From Eubacterium sp. (GTDB lineage: Bacteria > Bacillota > Clostridia > Oscillospirales > Acutalibacteraceae), in the NCBI GenBank assembly GCA_017476375.1, contig JAFUZY010000118.1, positions 1 to 46,944 of the forward strand: a DNA stretch of 46,944 bases, written 5' to 3'. Below the pieces are notes generated by a model. That model searched no databases. It was not told the DNA's origin and saw only the letters and a program-made list of their open reading frames with translations. How positions within the stretch are numbered: the first letter of the stretch is position 1; the number at the start of each line of letters is the position of its first letter. The translations under genes and the position numbers were made by a program. Below, one piece after another: positions 26,561 to 36,398 of the stretch.

Positions 26561-26737
26561 TTATTGAAAAAATTTTGATGAAACAACTTTATCGCCATTA
26601 ACAGTAATGATGTTACTGTTGTTCCAAATGAAACCATTTAATCTACCGTTAATATATACCTTTATATATTTGCTATCGGGAGCGAACTTAAATGTTCTGT
26701 TTTTGTTTGTGTATTTTTTTATTAATGAATTTGCCAT
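26561..26737 (-). CDS. 58-aa phage hypothetical protein (below ORF-track cutoff)
   Basis: AGAGG RBS; MANSLIKKYTNKNRTFKFAPDSKYIKVYING...SSKFFQ. Confidence 0.65.
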   Translation of the reverse strand: MANSLIKKYTNKNRTFKFAPDSKYIKVYINGRLNGFIWNNSNIITVNGDKVVSSKFFQ

Positions 26738-26752
26738 AATGTAAACCTCTTA

Positions 26753-26890
26753 TTAGCAACTTTCAATTTTGTATTCGTCATAATTTGCTTTTGCAAAATC
26801 CTCAGCCTCGCTGAATGTATTGAAATCCTGCGGAAGCTCTGTTTCGCTTGGTTGTCCGTTTTCCATTGGAAATACTGTCCAAATTGCCAT
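26753..26890 (-). CDS. 45-aa acidic phage hypothetical protein (below cutoff)
   Basis: AAGGAG RBS; MAIWTVFPMENGQPSETELPQDFNTFSEAEDFAKANYDEYKIESC; upstream promoter TTGACA-17-TATATT (26984-26956). Confidence 0.7.
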   Translation of the reverse strand: MAIWTVFPMENGQPSETELPQDFNTFSEAEDFAKANYDEYKIESC

Positions 26891-27088
26891 AATGTTTAAC
26901 TCCTTAAAATAAATATTTGCGTTAGTAAAATATTATTTTGCTTTCGCTTTACTTAAATATAACACCATAATTTAGTTTTGTCAATAGGAAATTTTAGAAA
27001 ATTAAAAAAATATTTTACAATCACTTAATTTTATTGTTGACAATTCAAAAAGGATATGATATTATTAGTCGTGACAGGAGGTGCGATT

Positions 27089-27298
27089 ATGGTATCATTT
27101 AATCCGCTATGGCATACCTTACTTGATAAAGGGATGAAAAAATTAGAGCTTTGCGAAGCGGCCGATATCAGTACGGCAACGCTGGCAAAACTCGGAAAAA
27201 ACGAAAATGTAAATGTTAATATTATTGATAAGATATGTATTGCGTTAAATTGTAGAGTGGAGGATGTTATCGAAATCCTTCCGAACGATACTCCGTGA
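27089..27298 (+). CDS. Cro/C1-type HTH regulator (HTH_26/YozG-like)
   Basis: AGGAGGTG RBS; VSFNPLWHTLLDKGM...IDKICIALNCRVEDVIE. Confidence 0.85.
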   Translation: MVSFNPLWHTLLDKGMKKLELCEAADISTATLAKLGKNENVNVNIIDKICIALNCRVEDVIEILPNDTP

Positions 27299-27313
27299 TA
27301 CTTAAATGATACT
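27286..27313. promoter_or_regulatory. Putative integrase arm-type sites (right)
   Basis: GATACT x3 at 10-11-bp spacing; GTGATACTTAAATGATACT matches 17654-17672. Confidence 0.7.
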
Positions 27314-27414
27314 TACAGTTTTTGAAAACAAAAAAACTGTACGGATAGAGTGAAATAAATGGTATATAAATGTATAGTGTTTACTATTATTAAACCAAAA
27401 GACACATTTATTTA

Positions 27415-27429
27415 ATTGAATGGGAGTAA
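27415..27429 (+). repeat. att site: displaced original guaA 3' end
   Basis: ATTGAATGGGAGTAA (IEWE*). Confidence 0.85.
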
Positions 27430-27587
27430 GAAAACCGTCTTGCCCGATTTTCGAGAGACGAGCTTTATATTTTCATTAAAATAATCCCCAAACATCTAAC
27501 AAAATTAGATGTTTGGGGATGTTTGTATTTCTAACATTATTGCATACAAATCTCTGATTTGTTATAATGGATAACAGAGGTGGTTGT

Positions 27588-28520
27588 GTGAAAGTTGCGA
27601 TATCTGCGAGGAATTTTGTTTTTGACGGGTGCAAGGCTGTTGAATTGCTGAAAAATAACGGCTTTGAGGTTGTTGATTTGAGCGATTTGCGTTTTAAAAG
27701 CGAAGAGGAATATTTTGAAGCAATCAAGGATTCCGATGCTGTTATCAACGGCTTTGAGCCTATGAGCGCAGGACTGCTTGAAAAATGCAACAAGCTCAGG
27801 GTTATTTCCGTTCGGGGCGTTGGATATGATTATATTGACTCTTCTGCCTGCAAAGAGCTTGGAATTGCGATAACAAGAACCGTCGGAACAGTCGGCGAAG
27901 CGGTTTCCGAGCAGGTTATAGCTTATATTATGCATTTTGCAAGAGAGGTTAACAGGCTTAATTTATTTATGCAATCGGGCGAGTGGAACAGGATTATGAC
28001 CGAGGGCACATACGGCAAAACAATCGGCATAATCGGTTTCGGAGAAATCGGAAGCGTTGTTGCAAAAAAGGCTGACGCACTCGGAATGAAGGTTATTTAT
28101 AACTGCAAAAACAAGAAGAATCTTCCCTATGATTTTGTTGATATTAAAACACTTCTCAAAATGAGCGACTATGTTGTTCTTGCGCTTCCCCTGACCGATG
28201 AAACAAATAACCTCATTGATGAAAAAGCATTTTCATTAATGAAGAAAAACGCAGTTTTAATCAATGTTGCAAGGGCAGGAATAGTTGACACATCAGCTCT
28301 GAAAAACGCAGTTGAAAAAGGAATTATAAAGGGCGCTGCGGTTGATGTTTTTGAAAACGAACCCTGCGTTAACTCACCTCTCAGAAATACTGAAAACATT
28401 ATTCTAACTCCCCATACTTCGCCTTTTACAAGAAAGAATTTCATTGATATGAATACTCTTGCTGCCGAAAACATTATTCACTTTTTTGACGAAACAATAG
28501 ATAAAAAATATCTTGTATAA
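27588..28520 (+). CDS. D-isomer-specific 2-hydroxyacid dehydrogenase (phosphoglycerate dehydrogenase-like)
   Basis: GVGYD, GIIGFGEIG, INVARAG, DVFENEP, TPH. Confidence 0.9.
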   Translation: MKVAISARNFVFDGCKAVELLKNNGFEVVDLSDLRFKSEEEYFEAIKDSDAVINGFEPMSAGLLEKCNKLRVISVRGVGYDYIDSSACKELGIAITRTVGTVGEAVSEQVIAYIMHFAREVNRLNLFMQSGEWNRIMTEGTYGKTIGIIGFGEIGSVVAKKADALGMKVIYNCKNKKNLPYDFVDIKTLLKMSDYVVLALPLTDETNNLIDEKAFSLMKKNAVLINVARAGIVDTSALKNAVEKGIIKGAAVDVFENEPCVNSPLRNTENIILTPHTSPFTRKNFIDMNTLAAENIIHFFDETIDKKYLV

Positions 28521-28559
28521 AAGAAAAAAGCTTAGCCTTTTGGCTAAGCTTTTTCTTTT
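28519..28559. terminator. Bidirectional terminator
   Basis: AAAAAGCTTAGCC-TTTT-GGCTAAGCTTTTT. Confidence 0.85.
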
Positions 28560-28800
28560 GGGTTAATGTGTATTTTTTTGCCTTCAAGACATAGTTAAGA
28601 CCGGTTCATACACAACCGCTTGCATCCTCCATCAAATATTCCTTAACTAATATTTGTGCTTTTAGTGTGAATAAATAAACTTCACACATTTATATTATAC
28701 GTTTTTCAGGCAAAAAGTAAAGAGTTTTTTTGAAAAATTAATATTTGTTCAATTCAGGATCAATATATAGTTGCAAATTATCAAGACTCCACAAGTTATC

Positions 28801-30069
28801 TTATTCCATTGCTTGTTTTATCCTCATTGCTATAGCTCGATTGCTTAAATGAACAACATCCTTGTTCATATTCACTATATTAATTAGCTGATTAAATCTA
28901 ACTGACCCGAGCTCAATATACATTACTCCAATAAATTCATCAATAAACGAAGAACCAACAATTTCAATTTCAGAAAAATCAAGTGTTATGGGTTGTTTTG
29001 TTCGAATTATGGTATTCAAAACATCAAGCCTGACAGCTTTACCGGCTGGTCGTGTTCCTAAATCCTTAGCGTTTTGAGCAACTTTGTATACCAATTCATC
29101 GCCATTTTCCTGTTTCATATCTTCAATCCGAATATCAAAATCATCAAAATCTCCAATACTTTTTAATGCTTTTTTAATATCGGTCTTTTTATTTAAATCC
29201 AGTTGGAAATCAACAGTTGTGCTTTTATGGTTTTCATCAATAATAGGATTATTTGACCAAGATGTTTTTTCTTTATTGTTAAACATAAGTGTTGATTCAC
29301 CCGTTGAAATTGCTAATCTTCCGCCATTTTCACTTACAATTTGAGATAAACCAAACAAACCGTTTCCTTGTCCCTGACCATCTCCAACGCCCTCTTGAAG
29401 AGCCAATTCGATTGAACTGATTTCATCATCTGAATAAACTCCACCCGCTATTAATGAGTCGCGAATCCCTATTCCATAGTCATATATACATATAGCTATG
29501 CGATTGGTTTTATTATGATACTGAGCCATTATATATCCGTGTTTACTTGTACTATGAATTAGCACATTATCCATAATTTCATAAACACACCAATTTAAAC
29601 CTTTTAAAACGCCCTCTTCACATAGTGCTGTTGAGCTTAGTTTATTGACTATTGTCTGATTAATTGCAGCAGCCTGCGGACTGCCCCCCTCTTTATATTC
29701 ATATATAAATATTCTATCAAAAGGGTCGCAAGCTGAAAGTATTTCATCCTCATTAAGATTTAAGGGGGCAGCAAAACATATTTTTTCAAGATAAGAATGT
29801 TCCTTAACAGTCACATATATTTCAAGTGAATACAGGCTCCTGTATTCTTGTATTAATGCGGATATAGGAACACAGGCATCTGGAAAAATACGCCCGACTA
29901 CATCTGTACAATCAACATAGATTCTTTTATCTTCAACATTTTTTCTATTTATATATCTTATTGCTTTTTGCATAGCACGAATAAAATCAGATACGCAATA
30001 CTGATTCTTCATTCTGTATATATAAATAATATTTCCGTCGACCCTAACATTTTCAAATGAGTTAGCCAT
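28801..30069 (-). CDS. GHKL/HATPase protein with C-terminal STAS-like (DUF4325) domain
   Basis: N-box EIMDNVLIHS, G1 DYGIGI, G2 GQGNGL; C-terminal LDFSEI..SSFIDEF. Confidence 0.75.
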   Translation of the reverse strand: MANSFENVRVDGNIIYIYRMKNQYCVSDFIRAMQKAIRYINRKNVEDKRIYVDCTDVVGRIFPDACVPISALIQEYRSLYSLEIYVTVKEHSYLEKICFAAPLNLNEDEILSACDPFDRIFIYEYKEGGSPQAAAINQTIVNKLSSTALCEEGVLKGLNWCVYEIMDNVLIHSTSKHGYIMAQYHNKTNRIAICIYDYGIGIRDSLIAGGVYSDDEISSIELALQEGVGDGQGQGNGLFGLSQIVSENGGRLAISTGESTLMFNNKEKTSWSNNPIIDENHKSTTVDFQLDLNKKTDIKKALKSIGDFDDFDIRIEDMKQENGDELVYKVAQNAKDLGTRPAGKAVRLDVLNTIIRTKQPITLDFSEIEIVGSSFIDEFIGVMYIELGSVRFNQLINIVNMNKDVVHLSNRAIAMRIKQAME

Positions 30070-30082
30070 TAAATTCCTCTGT

Positions 30083-32113
30083 TTATTCTATTATAAATTT
30101 GAAATACGCATTGTCTTCATACCAGAGAGGGAAATTCGTTCCCCAGACGTTATCGTATAAAATGAACGAAATACCGTCTTTTATATCCTCATACTTGTTA
30201 TCAAATTCAAGAATTTTGCCTTTGCCTATGCTGACAAGCGGAGAAAGGCAGTTTTTGATTTTGAAACTGCCGAAATCAACATACTGAACGGCGCTCAGAT
30301 TTCTGTTGCCGTTTTCGGCAATGTTGAAAGGATTAATGTCGAGACCAAGCTTTTTATAGCTTATATCCTCATTCTTTGCATTGGGATAAAAATGAAACAT
30401 AAGGCTTTCGGTCAGGCGGTTTGCGCATTTATCGAGCCATCTGAGCTCGCATATAAGCTTTGAATTTTTTAGAGTGTAAACTACCTGCACTTTTCTCGGA
30501 GCGCCTGCGTTATTATAAAAATAATCATCAATTTTAAGGTTTGCGATTATTATTAATTCACCGTTGCTTTCCCTGATACTGCCCTGTTCAAGCTCGTATG
30601 CGAATAGTCCTTTTTTATACTCCTTGTCAACCTTCCACAGAAGCGGGCGGCAGAAATCGGAAATCGACCATACGGCTGTTTCCTTAACATTACGGCTGTA
30701 ATTATGAATCCAGAAATTATAGTCCTCTGCACCGTAGAGCTTATATGTTAAAGAGGGCATTTCATTATTTTTAATAATCTCTTTGCCTTTTAAAACAAGA
30801 CGGTTGATTCCTGCAAACTTATTAAGCGAAATAATGTCGCCGTTTACGAAATATTCTTTGTTTGTTTCAAGCGCAGTTTCATCAAGAGAAACAAGACTAT
30901 CGGGCATTAGCTCTTTTAGCGCTTTTTCAGCCTCTTCCCCATGCTCTTTGCTAAGCTTGGAAATTGCAGAATCAACATATTTTCGCTGCTCTGCCCAGCT
31001 TCCCTCAATTCTTTTATATGAGCCCTGATTGTCGTTTTCGCTATGATGGGGAATTTCCCTGAAATCTTTTTCACTGCTGAAAACTCTTTCAACCTCAACC
31101 ATTGAAACTTTATCTTCTTTTCTTGCCGCTTCAAAATCAGGGCGGAGGTAATGCTCAAAATCGCCGAGCGCAATTTTAACATCCATTCCGCAGGTATGCT
31201 CTGCAAGGCAGAGAATATTATCGGCAAGAGTTACATATTCCTCGCTGTTTCTTTCAAGTGAATTTTCGCTGAGCCATTTGTTTTTAAGAGAGATAAGCGT
31301 TCTTAAGGCACCTGCTTTATAAGGGTCGGTTGCTGCGCCGTGAATCCAGCTGTCGCCGATTTCACAGTCAATAACGGGAAGCTTATCCTTAACTTTCAGA
31401 AGGGCTTTTGCATAATCATCAAGTCTGCCTGCCGCAACCTCATAGTCGGGATATTTTTCTTTTATTGCTTCAAGGTTTTCCATAACCTGCTCAGCGCCTG
31501 CTGCACCGTGGTTGTCAAGGGTATGGTCGAAATATAAAACCTCGTCGATAAATTCGTTTTTATATTCTCCGCCGTAGTCGCCGGAATAAATAACAATTAT
31601 ATCGTCATTTTTATACTTCCAGACAAAGCATTTCGGTACTTTTGGCATTGCCGAAGCTCCGTTAACACCTATATGAAGAAGCTTTATTCCGTGACGGCAT
31701 AGATGCGGAATCAACGCCTGAGTATGCCCCGGAACATCGGTCATTTTCGCGGCAATGGTTTTAACTCCGGTTATCTTATCAATCCCGTCAACAATTGAAA
31801 GACCGTATTCAAGGGTATCCTCATCAAGAAGCTCCGTATGTGTTGTAAACGGCATTGCATGAGGCGCAATTCTTCCGTTTTTGAGTGCCTCTCTTAACTT
31901 CTTTTTGTTTTCCTCTGTGCCGTTTTCAAGGGCTTCTTTAAGAATCCACGAGCCCGTTGTCCAGATAAAACTGCCCCCTGCTTTTTCTGCCTTTTCGGAA
32001 AGTGAAATGGCATCGGGGATAAAGGAATCAATGTATTTTTTTCTTATGACCTCGGCATAATCCGTAAAACCGAGGTCAAGATGCGTTTTGGAAACAACAA
32101 AAACCTTTTTCAT
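30083..32113 (-). CDS. DUF5054 / GH38-like glycoside hydrolase-fold protein
   Basis: KTHLDLGFTD, MTDVPGHT, EIGDSWIHG, NVWGTNFPLW. Confidence 0.75.
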   Translation of the reverse strand: MKKVFVVSKTHLDLGFTDYAEVIRKKYIDSFIPDAISLSEKAEKAGGSFIWTTGSWILKEALENGTEENKKKLREALKNGRIAPHAMPFTTHTELLDEDTLEYGLSIVDGIDKITGVKTIAAKMTDVPGHTQALIPHLCRHGIKLLHIGVNGASAMPKVPKCFVWKYKNDDIIVIYSGDYGGEYKNEFIDEVLYFDHTLDNHGAAGAEQVMENLEAIKEKYPDYEVAAGRLDDYAKALLKVKDKLPVIDCEIGDSWIHGAATDPYKAGALRTLISLKNKWLSENSLERNSEEYVTLADNILCLAEHTCGMDVKIALGDFEHYLRPDFEAARKEDKVSMVEVERVFSSEKDFREIPHHSENDNQGSYKRIEGSWAEQRKYVDSAISKLSKEHGEEAEKALKELMPDSLVSLDETALETNKEYFVNGDIISLNKFAGINRLVLKGKEIIKNNEMPSLTYKLYGAEDYNFWIHNYSRNVKETAVWSISDFCRPLLWKVDKEYKKGLFAYELEQGSIRESNGELIIIANLKIDDYFYNNAGAPRKVQVVYTLKNSKLICELRWLDKCANRLTESLMFHFYPNAKNEDISYKKLGLDINPFNIAENGNRNLSAVQYVDFGSFKIKNCLSPLVSIGKGKILEFDNKYEDIKDGISFILYDNVWGTNFPLWYEDNAYFKFIIE

Positions 32114-32130
32114 TAAAGCACCCTACTATC

Positions 32131-32194
32131 TCGGGTGTGGACAGCGCCCGCCCGAAATTCTCAATTCTCAATTCTCAATTTTCAATTATCAATT
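32131..32194. repeat. GC hairpin + heptamer tandem repeat (AATTCTC) x5.5
   Basis: TCGGG...CCCGA at 32131-32155; repeats at 32156-32194. Confidence 0.85.
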
Positions 32195-32204
32195 GCACAT
32201 AGCG

Positions 32205-32795
32205 CTATTTAGTGTGCTCATCAAGAGTTAAATAATAGGCGTCAAGAAAATGCTCTTTAAAAAACTTAACCTCGGGAAGATTTATTTCATCAATTTTCTT
32301 TTCCTGAGATTTGAGAGCAATTTCAAATTCGCGGTTTCCCATTCTGCTTTCTTCAATACACTTAATCAAAGCGCTGATTTTATCGGCAGCCTTAACAAGC
32401 TTCCAAAGCTCTGTATCCTCTTCTTTTCTCTCAAAAAACGCAGAATATTCCTTTTTATAATCCTCGGGAAGCATATTTAAAAGACGCTCGCCCGCAACGC
32501 TTTCGATTTCCTTATAAACATTTTTAATCTCATCGTTATAATACTTAACGGGGGTTGGCATATCGCCCGTTATAACCTCGGTTGTATCATGGTAAAGAGC
32601 AAGAACAGCCGCTCTTTCGGCATTATAGTTTTTGCCGAATTCCTTGTTGCCGATAAGCGCCAAAGCGTGAGCAAGCACAGCCACGGAGTGACTGTGCTCG
32701 GCAATGTTTTCATTTTGAGTATTCTGCATTAATGCCCAACGGTTAATCATTTTCATTCGGTTAACCATGGCAAAAAAGTTATACTGATTATTCAT
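32205..32795 (-). CDS. yfbR: 5'-deoxynucleotidase, YfbR-like HD protein
   Basis: RW.LM...ENIAEHS, YHDTTEVITGDMPTPVK, VKAADK. Confidence 0.9.
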   Translation of the reverse strand: MNNQYNFFAMVNRMKMINRWALMQNTQNENIAEHSHSVAVLAHALALIGNKEFGKNYNAERAAVLALYHDTTEVITGDMPTPVKYYNDEIKNVYKEIESVAGERLLNMLPEDYKKEYSAFFERKEEDTELWKLVKAADKISALIKCIEESRMGNREFEIALKSQEKKIDEINLPEVKFFKEHFLDAYYLTLDEHTK

Positions 32796-34578
32796 TATTC
32801 TTTGCATCCTTTATTATATCAAGTGCAAGTTCTTCAAGCTGAATGTCATCAATAAACGAAGGCGCGCCGCTCATAAGCTCGCTTGCATTCTGAACCTTCG
32901 GGAATGCAACAACATCCCTGAGGGATTCAGCGCCGCAGATGAGCATTGCAAGTCTGTCGAGTCCGATGCCCATTCCGCCGTGAGGCGGAGCTGCATAGTG
33001 GTATGCATCAACGAGGAATCCGAATTTTGCATCAATTTCCTCCTGCTCCATTCCGAGAAGCTCAAACATCTTGGTTTGAAGCTCGCAATCCGTTATTCTC
33101 ATTGAGCCCGAGGAAAGCTCGGTTCCGTTGAGAACAAGGTCGAACGCCTGTGCATTAACCTTTGATTTATCGGTATCGAGATATTTAATGCTCTCCTCCA
33201 TCGGCATAGTAAACGGATGGTGAGCGGCAACCCATTCTCCGCTTTCTTCATCAAGCTCAAAGAAAGGCATTTCGGTTATCCAGAGATAGTTCCACTTGTT
33301 TTCGGGAATTATTCCGAGTTCCTTTGCAACAATAAGACGAATAGCACCCATAATTGTTAAGGCTTTTCTCGTTTTATCGGAAATTATGAAAACTACATCG
33401 CCTTTTTCAGCGCCAAGCTCGGAAAGAAGCTCCGTAAGCTCGCCTTCTTTAAGGAATTTGTTAAATGAGCAGTTTGGCTCTTCGTCCGCCCAGCGGATAT
33501 ATGCAAGTCCCTTTGCGCCGATTCCCTTTGCGTGTTCGGTCAGCTTATCAATTTTCTTTCTCGTATATTGAGAAGCTGCGTTCTTTGCAACAATCGCTTT
33601 AACAGAGCCGCCGTCTGCAATTGCGCTCTTGAAAACAACAAAATCGGTTTTGTCAGCCCAGTCTGAAATATCTTCAATAAGCATTTCAAATCTTGTGTCG
33701 GGCTTATCGGAGCCGTATTTGTTCATTGCCTCTTCAAAACTCATTCTCGGGAATTTCTCGGGAAGCTCAACACCGATTGTTTCTCTCATAAGCTTTTTAA
33801 CAAAGCCCTCTGCCATATTCATAATATCGTCAAGCTCAACGAAGCTCATTTCAAGGTCTATCTGAGTGAACTCGGGCTGACGGTCAGCTCTTAAATCCTC
33901 GTCCCTGAAGCAGCGGGCAAGCTGAATATATCTGTCAAAGCCTGCAATCATACAAAGCTGCTTGTAAATCTGGGGCGACTGAGGAAGAGCATAGAATTTT
34001 CCCCTGTGTATACGGGAAGGAACAACATAGTCCCTTGCTCCTTCGGGAGTTGATTTAATCATCATCGGCGTTTCAATCTCGATGAAATCGTTATCATAGA
34101 AATATTCTCTTGCAATTTTTGCAATTTTGTGGCGCATAAGAATATTCTTTGTGAGCTTTTCGCTTCTTAAATTGAGATAACGGTATTTCAAGGTTGTTTC
34201 GTCGCCGACGGAATCGCTGTTTTCGATAACAAACGGCGGTGTTTCAGCCTTTGAAAGAATACGGAAATCCGTTACCATAACCTCAATATCGCCGGTTGGA
34301 ATATCGGGGTTTTTGCTTTCTCTTTCCGCAACGGTTCCGACTGCGGCAACAACATATTCGGGACGAACACTATGTGCCTTTTCAAAAATCTCTTTGTCGG
34401 TATCGTTATTAAACGAAAGCTGAAGAATACCGCTTCTGTCTCGAAGGTCTATGAAGATGAGGTTTCCGAGGTCTCTCTGCCTCTGAACCCAGCCGTAAAC
34501 GGTTATCTCCTGTCCAACATTATTTATATCAAATTCTGCGCAGTACGCAGTTCTTTTAAGTCCTTTTAAAGTATCCAT
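32788..34578 (-). CDS. aspS: Aspartate--tRNA ligase
   Basis: FIDLRD, STPEGARD, LPQSPQ, FRDEDLRADRQPEFTQID, PPHGG..G.DR. Confidence 0.98.
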   Translation of the reverse strand: MDTLKGLKRTAYCAEFDINNVGQEITVYGWVQRQRDLGNLIFIDLRDRSGILQLSFNNDTDKEIFEKAHSVRPEYVVAAVGTVAERESKNPDIPTGDIEVMVTDFRILSKAETPPFVIENSDSVGDETTLKYRYLNLRSEKLTKNILMRHKIAKIAREYFYDNDFIEIETPMMIKSTPEGARDYVVPSRIHRGKFYALPQSPQIYKQLCMIAGFDRYIQLARCFRDEDLRADRQPEFTQIDLEMSFVELDDIMNMAEGFVKKLMRETIGVELPEKFPRMSFEEAMNKYGSDKPDTRFEMLIEDISDWADKTDFVVFKSAIADGGSVKAIVAKNAASQYTRKKIDKLTEHAKGIGAKGLAYIRWADEEPNCSFNKFLKEGELTELLSELGAEKGDVVFIISDKTRKALTIMGAIRLIVAKELGIIPENKWNYLWITEMPFFELDEESGEWVAAHHPFTMPMEESIKYLDTDKSKVNAQAFDLVLNGTELSSGSMRITDCELQTKMFELLGMEQEEIDAKFGFLVDAYHYAAPPHGGMGIGLDRLAMLICGAESLRDVVAFPKVQNASELMSGAPSFIDDIQLEELALDIIKDAKNNE

Positions 34579-35921
34579 TATTTTGCCTCCAGTCCAAAAA
34601 GGGAATTAAAATCAAAAGCTTCGCCGTTTATTTCAAGGTCTTTAAGCTCTTCGTCCATACTGATTGAATAGAAGCCCGAAACAAAGGTTGTTAAATCAAT
34701 GTCAGAGCTTTCGCCGTTCTTCATATTCTTAAGCTTTGCCCTGCCTTCGTCAACCTCGCTGTCGCCGATAACAACATTAAACCTTGCGCCAAGCTTATCG
34801 GCATATTTCATCTGGGCGCGAAGCGACCTTGAATTAAGGTCATAAACAACGGAAAAGCCCTCTTCCCTCATATCCTTTGCAATTTCAACTGCCTTGAGCT
34901 GAGCCTTTTCGCCGAGAGCGGCAATAAACAAATCGGGCTTTGCTGCTTCGGGAAATTCACATCCCTGCGCCTCCATAACAAGCTGAAGCCTCTCAAGTCC
35001 CATTCCGAAACCGAGCGACGGTGTTTTTGCTCCGCCGAATTCCTCAATAAGTCCGTCGTATCTTCCGCCTCCGCAAACTGTTCCCTGCGCTCCGATTGAA
35101 TCGGCAACAAATTCAAAAACAGTTTTGGTGTAGTAATCGAGTCCGCGAACAATTTTCGGATTAACCCGATATTCGATGTTCATTGCATCGAGGTATTTTT
35201 TAACCTTTTCAAAATGCTCTCTGCAATCATCACAGAGGTAGTCGAGAACAACGGGCGCATCCTTTGCAAGCTCCTTGCAGGACGGCACCTTGCAGTCGAG
35301 AAGGCGCATAGGATTGCGCTCAAGTCTTTCTTTGCAGTTTCCACAGAGCTCGTCCCTCTTTGAGCTGAAATACTCTTTGAGCGCATTGTGGTATTCCTTT
35401 CTGCACTCGGGACAGCCTATTGAATTTATTTCAAGATGAAGCTCCTTTACTCCAAGCTCATCAAAAACCTGCTTTGCAAGCGAAATCATTTCAGCATCGG
35501 CAATCGGCTCAGAAGCGCCGAAGCACTCAACGCCGAACTGATGGAATTCGCGAAGTCTGCCTGCCTGGGGCTTTTCATAGCGGTAGCACGAGGTTAAATA
35601 GCAGACCTTCTGCGGAAGAGTTTCGTTGCTAAGCCCGTTTTCAAGAAATGAGCGAGCCGCACCGGCTGTTCCCTCGGGGCGAAGAGTTATCGACCTTCCG
35701 CCCTTGTCGTCAAAGGTATACATCTCCTTCTGAACAACATCGGTTGTGTCGCCCACGCCGCGCTGAAAAAGCTCGGTGTGCTCAAAAACAGGTGTTCTTA
35801 TTTCCCTGTATCCGCAGCTCTGAGCGGCGGAAAGACAGGTTGCCTCTATGTATTGATTCTTGTGAACCTCGCTCGGCAAAACATCCTTGGTTCCTTTAAT
35901 TGCTTTTGTTATTAACGCCAT
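34578..35921 (-). CDS. hisS: Histidine--tRNA ligase
   Basis: LRPEGTA, RYEKPQAGRLREFHQ, VRGLDYY, GGGRYD; GGAG before ATG 35921. Confidence 0.98.
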   Translation of the reverse strand: MALITKAIKGTKDVLPSEVHKNQYIEATCLSAAQSCGYREIRTPVFEHTELFQRGVGDTTDVVQKEMYTFDDKGGRSITLRPEGTAGAARSFLENGLSNETLPQKVCYLTSCYRYEKPQAGRLREFHQFGVECFGASEPIADAEMISLAKQVFDELGVKELHLEINSIGCPECRKEYHNALKEYFSSKRDELCGNCKERLERNPMRLLDCKVPSCKELAKDAPVVLDYLCDDCREHFEKVKKYLDAMNIEYRVNPKIVRGLDYYTKTVFEFVADSIGAQGTVCGGGRYDGLIEEFGGAKTPSLGFGMGLERLQLVMEAQGCEFPEAAKPDLFIAALGEKAQLKAVEIAKDMREEGFSVVYDLNSRSLRAQMKYADKLGARFNVVIGDSEVDEGRAKLKNMKNGESSDIDLTTFVSGFYSISMDEELKDLEINGEAFDFNSLFGLEAK

Positions 35922-35947
35922 ATTTTTCTCCGTTAAAATTATTTTAT

Positions 35948-35972
35948 GGGTGACAGGCATTGCCCGTCACCC
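35948..35972. repeat. REP-like hairpin GGGTGAC/GTCACCC
   Basis: Same GGTGACAG...CCCGTCACC pattern as 41080-41110. Confidence 0.7.
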
Positions 35973-35984
35973 TTGGTTTTTCAA

Positions 35985-36398
35985 TTATTTTCTGTTGTAG
36001 CGCGGATTAACAATTTCACGCCATTCAAAATCTCCGCGTTCAATTCCGCGTATAAGAGCCTCAGCAGTTGCAATATTTGTTGCATACGGAATATTATGAA
36101 CATCGCAAAGTCTTAGCAAATCATTGTCATTCGGCTCGTGGGGCTTTGCGGTGAGCGGATCGCGGAAGAATAATAAAAGGTCAATTTCATTACAGGCAAT
36201 ACGGCTTGCAACCTGTTGTCCGCCGCCTTGTGAGCCGCTCAAAAAGCAATTGATTTCCAAACCCGTTGCTTCTTTAACAAGCTTGCCCGTTGTTCCCGTT
36301 GCACAGACGTCGTGGCGACTGATTATGCCACAGTATGCTATGCAGAACTGAACCAATAATTCTTTCTTCGCATCATGTGCTATAAGAGCAATATTCAT
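35985..36398 (-). CDS. mgsA: Methylglyoxal synthase
   Basis: IALIAHD.KK, ATGTTG, FFRDPL..KPHEP, CDVHNIP.ATN.ATAE. Confidence 0.95.
   Translation of the reverse strand: MNIALIAHDAKKELLVQFCIAYCGIISRHDVCATGTTGKLVKEATGLEINCFLSGSQGGGQQVASRIACNEIDLLLFFRDPLTAKPHEPNDNDLLRLCDVHNIPYATNIATAEALIRGIERGDFEWREIVNPRYNRK

Larger units (their letters stand above)
17580..27429. mobile_element. Cryptic (deletion-collapsed) prophage integrated in the guaA 3' end
   Basis: Direct repeat of the guaA end at both boundaries; tyrosine integrase, repressor, Cro, Xis, RecT, and capsid/tail fragments. Confidence 0.9.

Noticed and set aside
35922-35984. T-box riboswitch before hisS
   Set aside because: Only ~60 bp and no T-box consensus; contains just a REP-like hairpin.
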